NCBI GenBank assembly: GCA_964645955.1
Contig: CAZYCI010000002.1
Coordinates: forward strand, 1-45,046
Source of the DNA: an uncultured Thermotogae bacterium
GTDB lineage: Bacteria > Bipolaricaulota > Bipolaricaulia > M55B111
Length of the DNA: 45,046 nt
Reading direction: 5' to 3'
Below, piece after piece: positions 16,177 through 24,016 of the stretch. Both the position numbers and the translations under genes were made by a program. The notes beneath the pieces were generated by a model. That model saw nothing but the letters and a program-made list of their open reading frames with translations, was not told the DNA's origin and made no database searches. The first letter of the stretch is position 1; the number at the start of each line of letters is the position of its first letter.

Positions 16177-17334
16177 CTACCCTGCCATAACCTCTTCGTA
16201 ACTTTCCAATAATTTTCCAGCCATCGTCTTCGCGGAGAACTTTTCCGCAACTTCTCGGGCCTCTTTACTTTTTTGAGCCAGCAGTTTTTGGTCTTTAAGC
16301 AAGGAAAGAACCTTTCTGCTAAAAGGAGTAACTTCTTCAGGTACCAGGTAGCCACCTTTTTTTCGGTTCAGCACATCTCTCACTCCTGGAGCATCTACTG
16401 CAACTACTGGTGTGCCCGCAGCTAGGGCTTCGGCAATAACTAGTCCCTGAGTTTCCGTAAGCGAGGCAAAGAGGAACACGTCTGCTTCCTGGTAATACTT
16501 GGCGAGTATATCATCGTCCTCGACATAACCGGTAAAATGAATAGTTTGAGAAGAATTCATTTTACTGACCCGTGCAAGTACTTTACCTAGCCCCCTGCCA
16601 CCGCCGACGATGACGAAGTGAACAGGGGAAAAGTCGCTCGATATATTTTTAAAAGCATCGAGAAGAAACCCCACGTTCTTCTCGCTCCCCACCCTTCCCA
16701 CGTAAAGCAGTATTTTTTCCTCTTCACCTATTCCAAACTGTTCCCTCAAACTTCTTATCCCTTCCAAGCCGGAATCGTAAGTATCCAGATTTATCCCTGT
16801 CGGCAAGACCTCAACAGGAGGTTCGAGGTCGTAAGAACCCAGTAGCTCCTTCATATCCGGTGAGGGGACGAATATCTTTTTTCCATTCTGCGTTTCCCTT
16901 GATGTATAAAAACGGGTTAGCGACCTTGCCACGTTTCTTGGCACTCCTGGTACGTAGTGGCGTATGTATAGCTCGAGGTTCGTATGATATGTAAGAAATA
17001 TGGGTACGTCGTAATAGCTGGCAATCCAGCGAGCCGGTGTACTCATTATGGTCGGAAGGTGAATATGAACTATATCCAGTTCGGAAAACTCCTTACGAAA
17101 GACCCTGGCCGCCTGAAACGGATCGGTCAAGCGAAAATCCTTCAGTAACGGGCTGTAATAGGAAGTAATACGGAATACGTTTTTTTTCTCCTCAGAGCCT
17201 TCCTCGGGGTATTCCGGACAAAAGACTCTGACTTCGTGCCCAAGCTCCTCCAGCTGGTTTGAAAAGTTAACGACCGAAGTGGTTACACCGCCCGGCGCCG
17301 GCAGGTAAGCTCCTGTAACAAAGCCTATTTTCAT
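16177..17334 (-). CDS. Glycosyltransferase family 4 (glycolipid/DAG-glycosyltransferase-like)
   Basis: MKIGFVTGAYLPAPGGV N-terminus and the EX7E motif in FLFASLTETQGLVIAEALAAGTPVVAVD. I place the start at ATG 17334, 4 nt after GAGGGG. The ORF-track TTG at 17349 has no RBS. Confidence 0.75.
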   Translation of the reverse strand: MKIGFVTGAYLPAPGGVTTSVVNFSNQLEELGHEVRVFCPEYPEEGSEEKKNVFRITSYYSPLLKDFRLTDPFQAARVFRKEFSELDIVHIHLPTIMSTPARWIASYYDVPIFLTYHTNLELYIRHYVPGVPRNVARSLTRFYTSRETQNGKKIFVPSPDMKELLGSYDLEPPVEVLPTGINLDTYDSGLEGIRSLREQFGIGEEEKILLYVGRVGSEKNVGFLLDAFKNISSDFSPVHFVIVGGGRGLGKVLARVSKMNSSQTIHFTGYVEDDDILAKYYQEADVFLFASLTETQGLVIAEALAAGTPVVAVDAPGVRDVLNRKKGGYLVPEEVTPFSRKVLSLLKDQKLLAQKSKEAREVAEKFSAKTMAGKLLESYEEVMAG

Positions 17335-17591
17335 GTTTCCCCTCGACAATCGATTTTAGTACAATAATCAGTAGTTATCCCATGGAGATCAAGTAAGGGG
17401 CCGCTACCCTTGGATGGCTTTCTACAGCAAGTGGGCTTAAGAGAGATTAGGTTTTTCATCGTTTATCATCTTAGCCCGATTTTTATAAGTCTATATATAC
17501 ATTAAAGGGAACAAAGTTTAGGTTAACCCCAATTATTCCGGATAATGTAATCACAGACGTAAAAGCCTCTAACCTAATCAGGAATAGCTTT

Positions 17592-17620
17592 TTGAACTAT
17601 TCAACTACGCGAAGTATAAT
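17592..17620 (+). promoter_or_regulatory. Sigma70-type promoter (TTGAAC - 17 nt - TATAAT) for the S1-kor operon
   Basis: TTGAAC at 17592-17597, a 17-nt spacer, and TATAAT at 17615-17620. It lies 45 nt upstream of the S1-protein ATG. Confidence 0.45.
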
Positions 17621-17664
17621 CAAATGAGAGATCAATAAACTACTTTTTTCAGGCTGGTGGTAAA

Positions 17665-18084
17665 ATGGATATAAGGGTCGGAGAAAAAGTAACTGGAGTA
17701 ATAGAAGAAATAAGAGAGGAAGGTTACCTTGTTTCACTCTGTAACGAGGTAAAGGGATTTGCCCATGAAGATTCACTCTTTGACGACGTAAATAAATCGG
17801 ATGTCAACGAGGGCGCAGAGGCAAAAGTAAGAATAGAAGAGAAAAAGAGGGAAGGCCAGTTCAAGGTAACGATTATCAAAATATTCTCGAAGGATAATTT
17901 CCAGGAAAAGCCGGACAAGTACCTGAAAAACGTCTCGCACGAGAAGCAAAATGGAGGTGAAAAGTCCGAGGAACCAGAAGTTTCCGAAGAGCTGGAGGAA
18001 TGGTTTTCCCAGCTGGATCGAACTCTCAACGAAATAAAAGAAAACCGAAAAGAAAGGTTGGACGTGGATTTCTGGACCGTATAA
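17665..18084 (+). CDS. S1-domain RNA-binding protein (YabR/YugI-like)
   Basis: N-terminal S1 fold signature VGEKVTGVIEEIREEGYLVSL..VKGFAH, followed by a charged C-terminal region resembling YabR/GSP13. Confidence 0.65.
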   Translation: MDIRVGEKVTGVIEEIREEGYLVSLCNEVKGFAHEDSLFDDVNKSDVNEGAEAKVRIEEKKREGQFKVTIIKIFSKDNFQEKPDKYLKNVSHEKQNGGEKSEEPEVSEELEEWFSQLDRTLNEIKENRKERLDVDFWTV

Positions 18085-18103
18085 ATTCCAGGAGGGTTAT
18101 ACA

Positions 18104-18331
18104 ATGCCGAGGGGCAAAGTTGAGGTTGACGAGGGGCGCTGTAAGGGGTGTGGGCTCTGCATCGAAGCCTGTCCCCAGGAAGTTCTGGCCTTTTCCGATG
18201 AGTTCAATTCAAATGGCTACAACTACGTACAAGTAGAAAATCCGGAAGATTGTGTCGGATGTGCGTTTTGCGGTAAAGTCTGCCCTGACGTAGCTCTAAC
18301 CGTTTACCAGAAGCAAAAGGAGGGAGTCTGA
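18104..18331 (+). CDS. korD: 2-oxoacid:ferredoxin oxidoreductase, delta (2x[4Fe-4S] ferredoxin-like) subunit
   Basis: 75 aa with two CxxCxxCxxxCP motifs (CKGCGLCIEACP and CVGCAFCGKVCP). AGGAGGG RBS. Confidence 0.8.
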   Translation: MPRGKVEVDEGRCKGCGLCIEACPQEVLAFSDEFNSNGYNYVQVENPEDCVGCAFCGKVCPDVALTVYQKQKEGV

Positions 18332-19386
18332 TGGGGGAGAAAAAACTATTGCGGGGCAACGAAGCTATAGCCGAAGCCGCGATCCGGGCCGGCTGCCGAA
18401 ATTATTTCGCTTATCCAATTACTCCCCAGGCCGAACTACTGCAGTGGATGGCAAATCACATGCCGGAAGAGGAAAGTGGGACTTTTCTCCAGGCGGAAAG
18501 CGAAATAGGTGCGATCAACATGGTCTACGGCGCCTCCTCCGCGGGGGAAAGAACCATGACTTCTTCAAGCAGCCCGGGAATCAGCCTTAAACAGGAGGGA
18601 ATTTCTTACCTGGCCGGAGCCGAATTACCGGCCGTAATAGTAAATATCATGCGAGGCGGACCTGGGCTGGGTAATATCCAGCCGGCTCAGGGAGATTATT
18701 TTCAGGCCACAAAGGGTGGGGGGCACGGCGATTACAGGTTAATCGTTCTGGGACCTTCCACCGTACCTGAAGCTGCCGACCTGACCTTTGAAGCATTCGA
18801 CCTGGCCGACGAATACAGAATCCCCGTGGTTGTTCTAGCCGACGGAATGATTGGCCAGATGATGGAGCCGGTGGAACTACCGGAAAGAGTTGACACTTCG
18901 GAACTACCGGAAAAACCGTGGGCTACGACGGGAACCGACGGTCGTGAACCAAACGTAGTCCGGAGCTTTGCTCTCGGAGCGGAAGACCTGAAGTCGCTCA
19001 ACGAGGGCCTGCAGGACAAGTACTCCAGGATTAAATCCGAGGAAACCCGCTTCGAGGAGATCGGGACCGAGGATCCGGATATACTGCTGGTCGCTTTTGG
19101 AACGGTGGCCCGCATAGCCCGTTCCGCTCGCAAGCTTGCCCGGGAAGAAGGAATAAACGCAGGTATCTTCAGACCGATTAGCCTCTGGCCTTTCCCGGAT
19201 GAACCACTCAGGAAGCTTAGCCACAGGGTCGATACTGTTTTGACGCTTGAAATGAACTCGGGTCAGATGGTGGAAGACGTTCGGCTGGCAGTGGATTCCG
19301 ACGTAGATACTCCTTTTTACGGGGAAACGGGAGGAGTGGTACCCACTCCGGAAAGAATCCTCGAGGAGGTTAAGAAATATGTCTAA
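18331..19386 (+). CDS. korA: 2-oxoacid (2-oxoglutarate-type):ferredoxin oxidoreductase, alpha subunit
   Basis: GNEAIAEAAIRAGCRNYFAYPITPQAE N-terminal signature. The ATG overlaps the korD stop (TGATG). The delta-alpha-beta-gamma gene order and the subunit sizes fit the KGOR type. Confidence 0.8.
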   Translation: MGEKKLLRGNEAIAEAAIRAGCRNYFAYPITPQAELLQWMANHMPEEESGTFLQAESEIGAINMVYGASSAGERTMTSSSSPGISLKQEGISYLAGAELPAVIVNIMRGGPGLGNIQPAQGDYFQATKGGGHGDYRLIVLGPSTVPEAADLTFEAFDLADEYRIPVVVLADGMIGQMMEPVELPERVDTSELPEKPWATTGTDGREPNVVRSFALGAEDLKSLNEGLQDKYSRIKSEETRFEEIGTEDPDILLVAFGTVARIARSARKLAREEGINAGIFRPISLWPFPDEPLRKLSHRVDTVLTLEMNSGQMVEDVRLAVDSDVDTPFYGETGGVVPTPERILEEVKKYV

Positions 19387-20152
19387 AGAGGCCATCGCAG
19401 ACGAAACTTCTGAAATGAAGAAAGTTTTCGAGGGGCCGGAAAGCCTTAACGAAGAAGAATTCAGCTACTGCCCCGGCTGTCACCATGGAGTTATCAACCG
19501 CCTTATCGCTGAGGTAATCGACGAACTAGGCATTCAGGATAATACGATTGGAACGGCTCCGGTCGGTTGTTCCGTCTTCTTGTATAAATGGTTTGATGTA
19601 GACGTAATTCAGCCCGCGCACGGTCGGGTTTCGGCCGTTGCCACGGGTGTGAAGAGAGCTCGTCCGGACTTAAACGTTTTCGCCTATCAGGGGGATGGGG
19701 ATTTTGCTTCGATAGGAACCAACAACTCAACCCACGCGGCAAACAGAGGGGAGAACATCACGGTGTTCTTCATAAACAACACACTGTACGGCATGACCGG
19801 AGGTGAAATGGCTCCGACCACCCTGCTGGATCAGAAGACCACCACGACTCCGCACGGTAGAAACGCAAAGGACTACGGCTATCCAATAAAGATGTCGGAG
19901 ATGCTCGCGGAACTGGACGGACCGACTTACATCACCAGACAGGCAGTTTACGATCCCAAACGGATTGACAACGCCAAATCCGCCATGAAAAAGGCCTTCC
20001 GAATTCAAATGGAAGATGAGGGCTACGCGATGGTAGAGTTATTATCCGCCTGCCCGATAAATTGGGGAATGGATCCGGTAGAAGCCAACGAGAGAATAAA
20101 GGAAAAGGTCGAGAAGGTATATCCCCTCGGGGATATAATCGATAGGACGTAA
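19379..20152 (+). CDS. korB: 2-oxoacid:ferredoxin oxidoreductase, beta (TPP-binding) subunit
   Basis: CPGCHHG near the N-terminus and the TPP motif GDGDFASIG...NNTLYGMTGG. It overlaps korA by 8 nt. Confidence 0.8.
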   Translation: MSKEAIADETSEMKKVFEGPESLNEEEFSYCPGCHHGVINRLIAEVIDELGIQDNTIGTAPVGCSVFLYKWFDVDVIQPAHGRVSAVATGVKRARPDLNVFAYQGDGDFASIGTNNSTHAANRGENITVFFINNTLYGMTGGEMAPTTLLDQKTTTTPHGRNAKDYGYPIKMSEMLAELDGPTYITRQAVYDPKRIDNAKSAMKKAFRIQMEDEGYAMVELLSACPINWGMDPVEANERIKEKVEKVYPLGDIIDRT

Positions 20153-20164
20153 GGGGGGATAAAC

Positions 20165-20716
20165 GTGGAAGAATACTCTACGGTGGTTTCGGGATTCGGC
20201 GGGCAGGGTGTTATCCTGACCGGAAAAATCATCGCGCGTTCGGGTATGGAGGAAGGACTTGAAGTCACCTGGCTGCCTTCCTACGGTCCGGAAATGCGTG
20301 GCGGAACGGCAAACTGTACCGCGATAGTATCGTCCGAACTAATAGGTTCACCGGTGGTCAACAGGCCGACCGCGTTAATTGCGTTCAACGGACCTTCCCT
20401 AGACAAGTTTGGCCCCAAAGTCAAGGAAAACGGGACGATAATTCTAAACAGTTCGCTTATTGATAGTTACGAATACGACGAGAAAGCCTTCCCAGTACCG
20501 TTAAACGAGATCGCCCGGGATATAGGCAACCAGAAGGTCATAAACATGGTCGCGCTCGGGGCCTGGGCAAGAAAAACGGGCGTTCTATCCCTATCAGCAG
20601 TAAAGAACGGAATGGAGCTTACTCTCAGGGAATCCGGCAAAGAAGAGTTTGTGGAGGTCAACGAGCAGGCCTTAGAAGAGGGCTACGAAGCGATGGAAAA
20701 GGCCAGCATATCTTAA
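20165..20716 (+). CDS. korG: 2-oxoacid:ferredoxin oxidoreductase, gamma subunit
   Basis: GFGGQGV motif and SYGPEMRGG block. GTG start after GGGGGA. Confidence 0.8.
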   Translation: MEEYSTVVSGFGGQGVILTGKIIARSGMEEGLEVTWLPSYGPEMRGGTANCTAIVSSELIGSPVVNRPTALIAFNGPSLDKFGPKVKENGTIILNSSLIDSYEYDEKAFPVPLNEIARDIGNQKVINMVALGAWARKTGVLSLSAVKNGMELTLRESGKEEFVEVNEQALEEGYEAMEKASIS

Positions 20717-20724
20717 CAAAATTT

Positions 20725-21288
20725 ATGGATTCTTCCGAGCGGGACGAAGAGTTAATTGAAAAGACGGAGAGTCGGGAGGAAAAGTTTTCCGGCGACCTCC
20801 TCCATTTGACGGTGAATCGCGTTCGAACCCCGGACGGCTCCATTGCCAGACGGGAAGTAGTTCACCATCCCGGGGGAGTAGTTATCGCTCCCCTGCTGGA
20901 AGAAGCGGGAGAACGGAAGCTGGTTCTGGTCAGACAGTACCGGGAACCCGCGGGCAAACCGCTCTGGGAGTTGCCGGCCGGGACGCTGGAAAAGGGAGAA
21001 TCCCTCCGGGACTGCGCCCGTCGGGAACTGATCGAGGAGACGGGATACGAACCGGAAAGGCTAGAGAAAAAGGTGGAACTTTTTACCTCGCCCGGTTATA
21101 CCGACGAAGTGCTGTCACTCTACGAGGCCCGTGACCTGAAGAAGGTCGCCGAACCGGAAGCGGTGGAAACCCCGGAGGACGAGAACCTTGTCTTAAAGAA
21201 GTTCCCGCTCGAGAAAGTATTTCCTCTGGCCCGCCAGGGAAGGATCCCCGACGGAAAGACTCTTGCCGGCCTATTTTTTCTGATTTGA
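20725..21288 (+). CDS. NUDIX hydrolase (ADP-ribose pyrophosphatase-like)
   Basis: Nudix box GTLEKGESLRDCARRELIEETGY. Confidence 0.8.
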   Translation: MDSSERDEELIEKTESREEKFSGDLLHLTVNRVRTPDGSIARREVVHHPGGVVIAPLLEEAGERKLVLVRQYREPAGKPLWELPAGTLEKGESLRDCARRELIEETGYEPERLEKKVELFTSPGYTDEVLSLYEARDLKKVAEPEAVETPEDENLVLKKFPLEKVFPLARQGRIPDGKTLAGLFFLI

Positions 21289-21303
21289 TAGTTTTTCCTT
21301 ATT

Positions 21304-21344
21304 AAAAACCCACCGACCCCGGTTTTGCTTCCGGGGTCGGTTTT
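21304..21344. terminator. Bidirectional rho-independent terminator between convergent NUDIX and nfnB genes
   Basis: ACCGACCCCGG-ttttgctt-CCGGGGTCGGT forms a perfect 11-bp stem. AAAAA lies upstream and TTTT downstream. Confidence 0.7.
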
Positions 21345-21359
21345 ACAATCGATAAACGG

Positions 21360-22760
21360 TCAGCTATTCCTGTTTCTTAACCAAGCGTGAATATCCTTTG
21401 CAGCTGTCTTGCCCGCACCCATTGCCCTGATTACGGTTGCCGCGCCGGTAACGATATCTCCACCGGCCCAGACCCTTTCCCGTGAGGTTTTTCCAGCCTC
21501 GTCCGTCTTTATCGTACCCCCTTCTCCGGTCTCCAGGTCATCGGTCGTTCTGGTAACGAGCGGGTGCGGCGCGTTACCGATGGCCATAATGACGGTGTCA
21601 ACGGGAATGTCGAACTCCGAGCCCTCAACGGGGGTCGGTCGGGGTCGACCCGACTCGTCCGGCTCTCCCAGCTCCATTTTCACGCACTCGATGCTTGCGA
21701 CTTCCCCGTCATTTCCCAGGAACTTCTTCGGGTTGCGCAGGAGCCGGAAGTCTATCCCTTCCTCCCGGGCGTGCTGAATCTCCTCGTCCCGGGCTGGCAT
21801 TTCGGCCTCCGATCGCCGGTAGATGATCATCGAGGATTCCGCGCCGAGCCGCAACGCAGTCCTGGCGGAGTCCATGGCCACGTTACCTCCGCCTATAGTA
21901 GCTACCCGGTCGCCAACTTTGATCGGCGTATCGTATTCGGGAAACTTAAAGGCCCTCATCAAGTTCACCCGGGTCAGAAACTCGTTGGCCGAATAAATCC
22001 CGTTGAGGTTTTCCCCGGGCAAATTGAGAAAATAGGGAAGACCGGCGCCGGTACCGATAAATACCGCGTCGTATTGGTCAACCCTGTTGCCTTCGAGTAA
22101 ATCGTCCACGGTGAAAAGCCGACCTACTACCTTATTAGTTTCTATATCGACCCCGGTTTCCCGCAGGTGTTCAACTTCCCTGGCGACTATTTCGTTCGGG
22201 AGCCTGAACTCCGGTATCCCATAAACGAGAACGCCCCCGGCCTGGTGAAATTGTTCGTAGACCGTAACTTCGTAGCCGAACTTCCTTAAATCGGAAGCCG
22301 CGGTCAACCCGGAAGGGCCCGAGCCGACGACCGCGACCTTACCATCCCGTTCGCCATCGACTGAGTTATCGACCTGACCGCGTTTTCTCTCCCAGTCGGC
22401 CGCAAACCTTTCCAGTCTCCCGATCGATACCGGCTCAAAGCTTTGCCCGAGAGTGCAGACCTCCTGGCACTGCTCTTCCTGCGGGCAGACCCGACCACAA
22501 ACAGCCGGCAGGTTGTTCGATTCCTTTATCGTGTCTATCGCTTCCTGGAACTCTTCGTTTTTAATCTCGTCGATAAATTTCGGGATGTTTATCCCGACGG
22601 GGCACCCCTCGATACAGGGAGCCGGGTCACACTGCAGGCACCGTTCCGCCTCCGCTATCGCGGCATCCGCGTCGTACCCCAGGGGGACCTCGTCGAAGTT
22701 CTTCACCCTCTCATCCGGGTCCTGCTGAGGCATGGGAACCTGTTCCTCTTTGATGCTCAT
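21360..22760 (-). CDS. nfnB: NADPH-dependent GltD-like oxidoreductase (NfnB/SudA large subunit)
   Basis: Two Cys clusters (CLQCDPAPCIEGCPV and CGRVCPQEEQCQEVC) and two dinucleotide folds (VVGSGPSGL and IGGGNVAMD). The start overlaps the nfnA stop (ATGA). Confidence 0.8.
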   Translation of the reverse strand: MSIKEEQVPMPQQDPDERVKNFDEVPLGYDADAAIAEAERCLQCDPAPCIEGCPVGINIPKFIDEIKNEEFQEAIDTIKESNNLPAVCGRVCPQEEQCQEVCTLGQSFEPVSIGRLERFAADWERKRGQVDNSVDGERDGKVAVVGSGPSGLTAASDLRKFGYEVTVYEQFHQAGGVLVYGIPEFRLPNEIVAREVEHLRETGVDIETNKVVGRLFTVDDLLEGNRVDQYDAVFIGTGAGLPYFLNLPGENLNGIYSANEFLTRVNLMRAFKFPEYDTPIKVGDRVATIGGGNVAMDSARTALRLGAESSMIIYRRSEAEMPARDEEIQHAREEGIDFRLLRNPKKFLGNDGEVASIECVKMELGEPDESGRPRPTPVEGSEFDIPVDTVIMAIGNAPHPLVTRTTDDLETGEGGTIKTDEAGKTSRERVWAGGDIVTGAATVIRAMGAGKTAAKDIHAWLRNRNS

Positions 22761-23590
22761 TCCGCATCACCCTCAAGGTATTCCGTCAGGGCGCACTCTT
22801 CTTCTTCCTCGTAAGTCCTGGTGCGCTGGGCGAGAACGTCGAAGTCCACGTCCGAAGCCCTGAATTCGGGTCCGTCAACGCAGGCAAACTTCGCTTCACC
22901 GTTTACCTCGACCCGACACCCCCCGCACATACCGGTTCCGTCAACCATTATCGTGTTAAGACTAACTACGAGCTCGGTATCGTAGTCCGCGGCCACCTCC
23001 TGGCAGGCCTTCATCATCATCACCGGTCCTATGGCCCAGGACCGATCAACCTCTTCCGTTTCCAGTACCTCCCGGAAGGCATCGCTGGTAAAACCCTCTT
23101 TCCCTGCCGTGCCATCGTCCGTAGTTACGATAACCCTGTCGCTGACTCCGCCTATCCTGTCCTGGTAGAAAAGTTTTTCGGCAGTTTGTGCCCCGATGAT
23201 CGACGTCACTTGATTGCCGGCCCCCTTGAGGGCCTTGGCTATCGGGTAGATCAGAGCTATCCCCACCCCGCCACCAATTACCACGACTTTACCGTAGTTC
23301 TCTATTTCCGACGGGTTACCTAATGGACCGGCGAGATCGTGAATTTCGTCACCCGCTTCAAACTCCCGGTTGAGTTGAACCGTGGATTTACCGGCGGACT
23401 GGACGACTACTTTAATCGTACCTGTAGCCGCGTCCGAATCCGCAATAGTAAGCGGGATCCTCTCACCCTTTTCGTGCAGTCGCAATACGATGAATTGGCC
23501 GGGCTGGCTCGCTTCCGCTATCAGTGGAGCACTAAATTCGTACTCCCGGACTCCTTCGCCGACCTTCTTCTTTTCGATGATCTTTTTCAT
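22757..23590 (-). CDS. nfnA: PyrK-like FAD/[2Fe-2S] subunit (NfnA/SudB small subunit)
   Basis: 277 aa with ferredoxin-NADP-reductase-like blocks (IPLTIAD and VIGGGVGIA) and a C-terminal Cys cluster, CGGCRV...FACVDGPEF. Confidence 0.75.
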   Translation of the reverse strand: MKKIIEKKKVGEGVREYEFSAPLIAEASQPGQFIVLRLHEKGERIPLTIADSDAATGTIKVVVQSAGKSTVQLNREFEAGDEIHDLAGPLGNPSEIENYGKVVVIGGGVGIALIYPIAKALKGAGNQVTSIIGAQTAEKLFYQDRIGGVSDRVIVTTDDGTAGKEGFTSDAFREVLETEEVDRSWAIGPVMMMKACQEVAADYDTELVVSLNTIMVDGTGMCGGCRVEVNGEAKFACVDGPEFRASDVDFDVLAQRTRTYEEEEECALTEYLEGDAE

Positions 23591-24016
23591 TTTCCCCCGA
23601 ATAAATAATCTTTGTTAAATTTACCCAACTGGTCTCCAACCGAGACTAGTTAAAGGACTTGTCCGTGCAGTTAATAATAACCAAAAAAATAGCTGTGAAA
23701 AGAGAGAAATTGAAGAATTATAGGCGCTAAGAAAAGTAGGATCCGCCCAGGTCATATTAGTTATAAGGTATGGCGAAAAAAACTGCGAAGGAAGGAGGCT
23801 AAACCAACGCAGCAAAACACCACACCGTATTATGCCCAGGCGGACCCGTGGTGGGTATATTGCCTTATTTCTTTCCTAATTTCGTAGCCATTATAATAGC
23901 TCTGTCTTAAAAAATCCAGACCATTTTCGTCTCATTTCTTTTTCAAATGAATCGCGAGGAAAAATCCAGAATGGATTTCATTGATTTATAACCGACGGGG
24001 TATTAATTTTTGGTTA

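Noticed and set aside
23621-23815. 64-aa minus-strand ORF between nfnA and the CoaBC-like gene.
   Set aside because: It has no RBS and no recognisable motifs, and it lies in what looks like the nfnA promoter and leader region.
23833-23843. The minus strand reads CCGCCTGGGCA. This is identical to the conserved 3' pseudoknot element of the ZTP (pfl) riboswitch. It lies in the leader of nfnAB.
   Set aside because: The obligatory 5' subdomain (GACTGGCG-type element, P1/P2) is absent from the roughly 140 nt upstream on that strand, which is AT-rich promoter-like sequence. nfnAB is also not a purine or folate gene. I treat it as a chance 11-mer match. An Rfam RF01750 scan would settle it.
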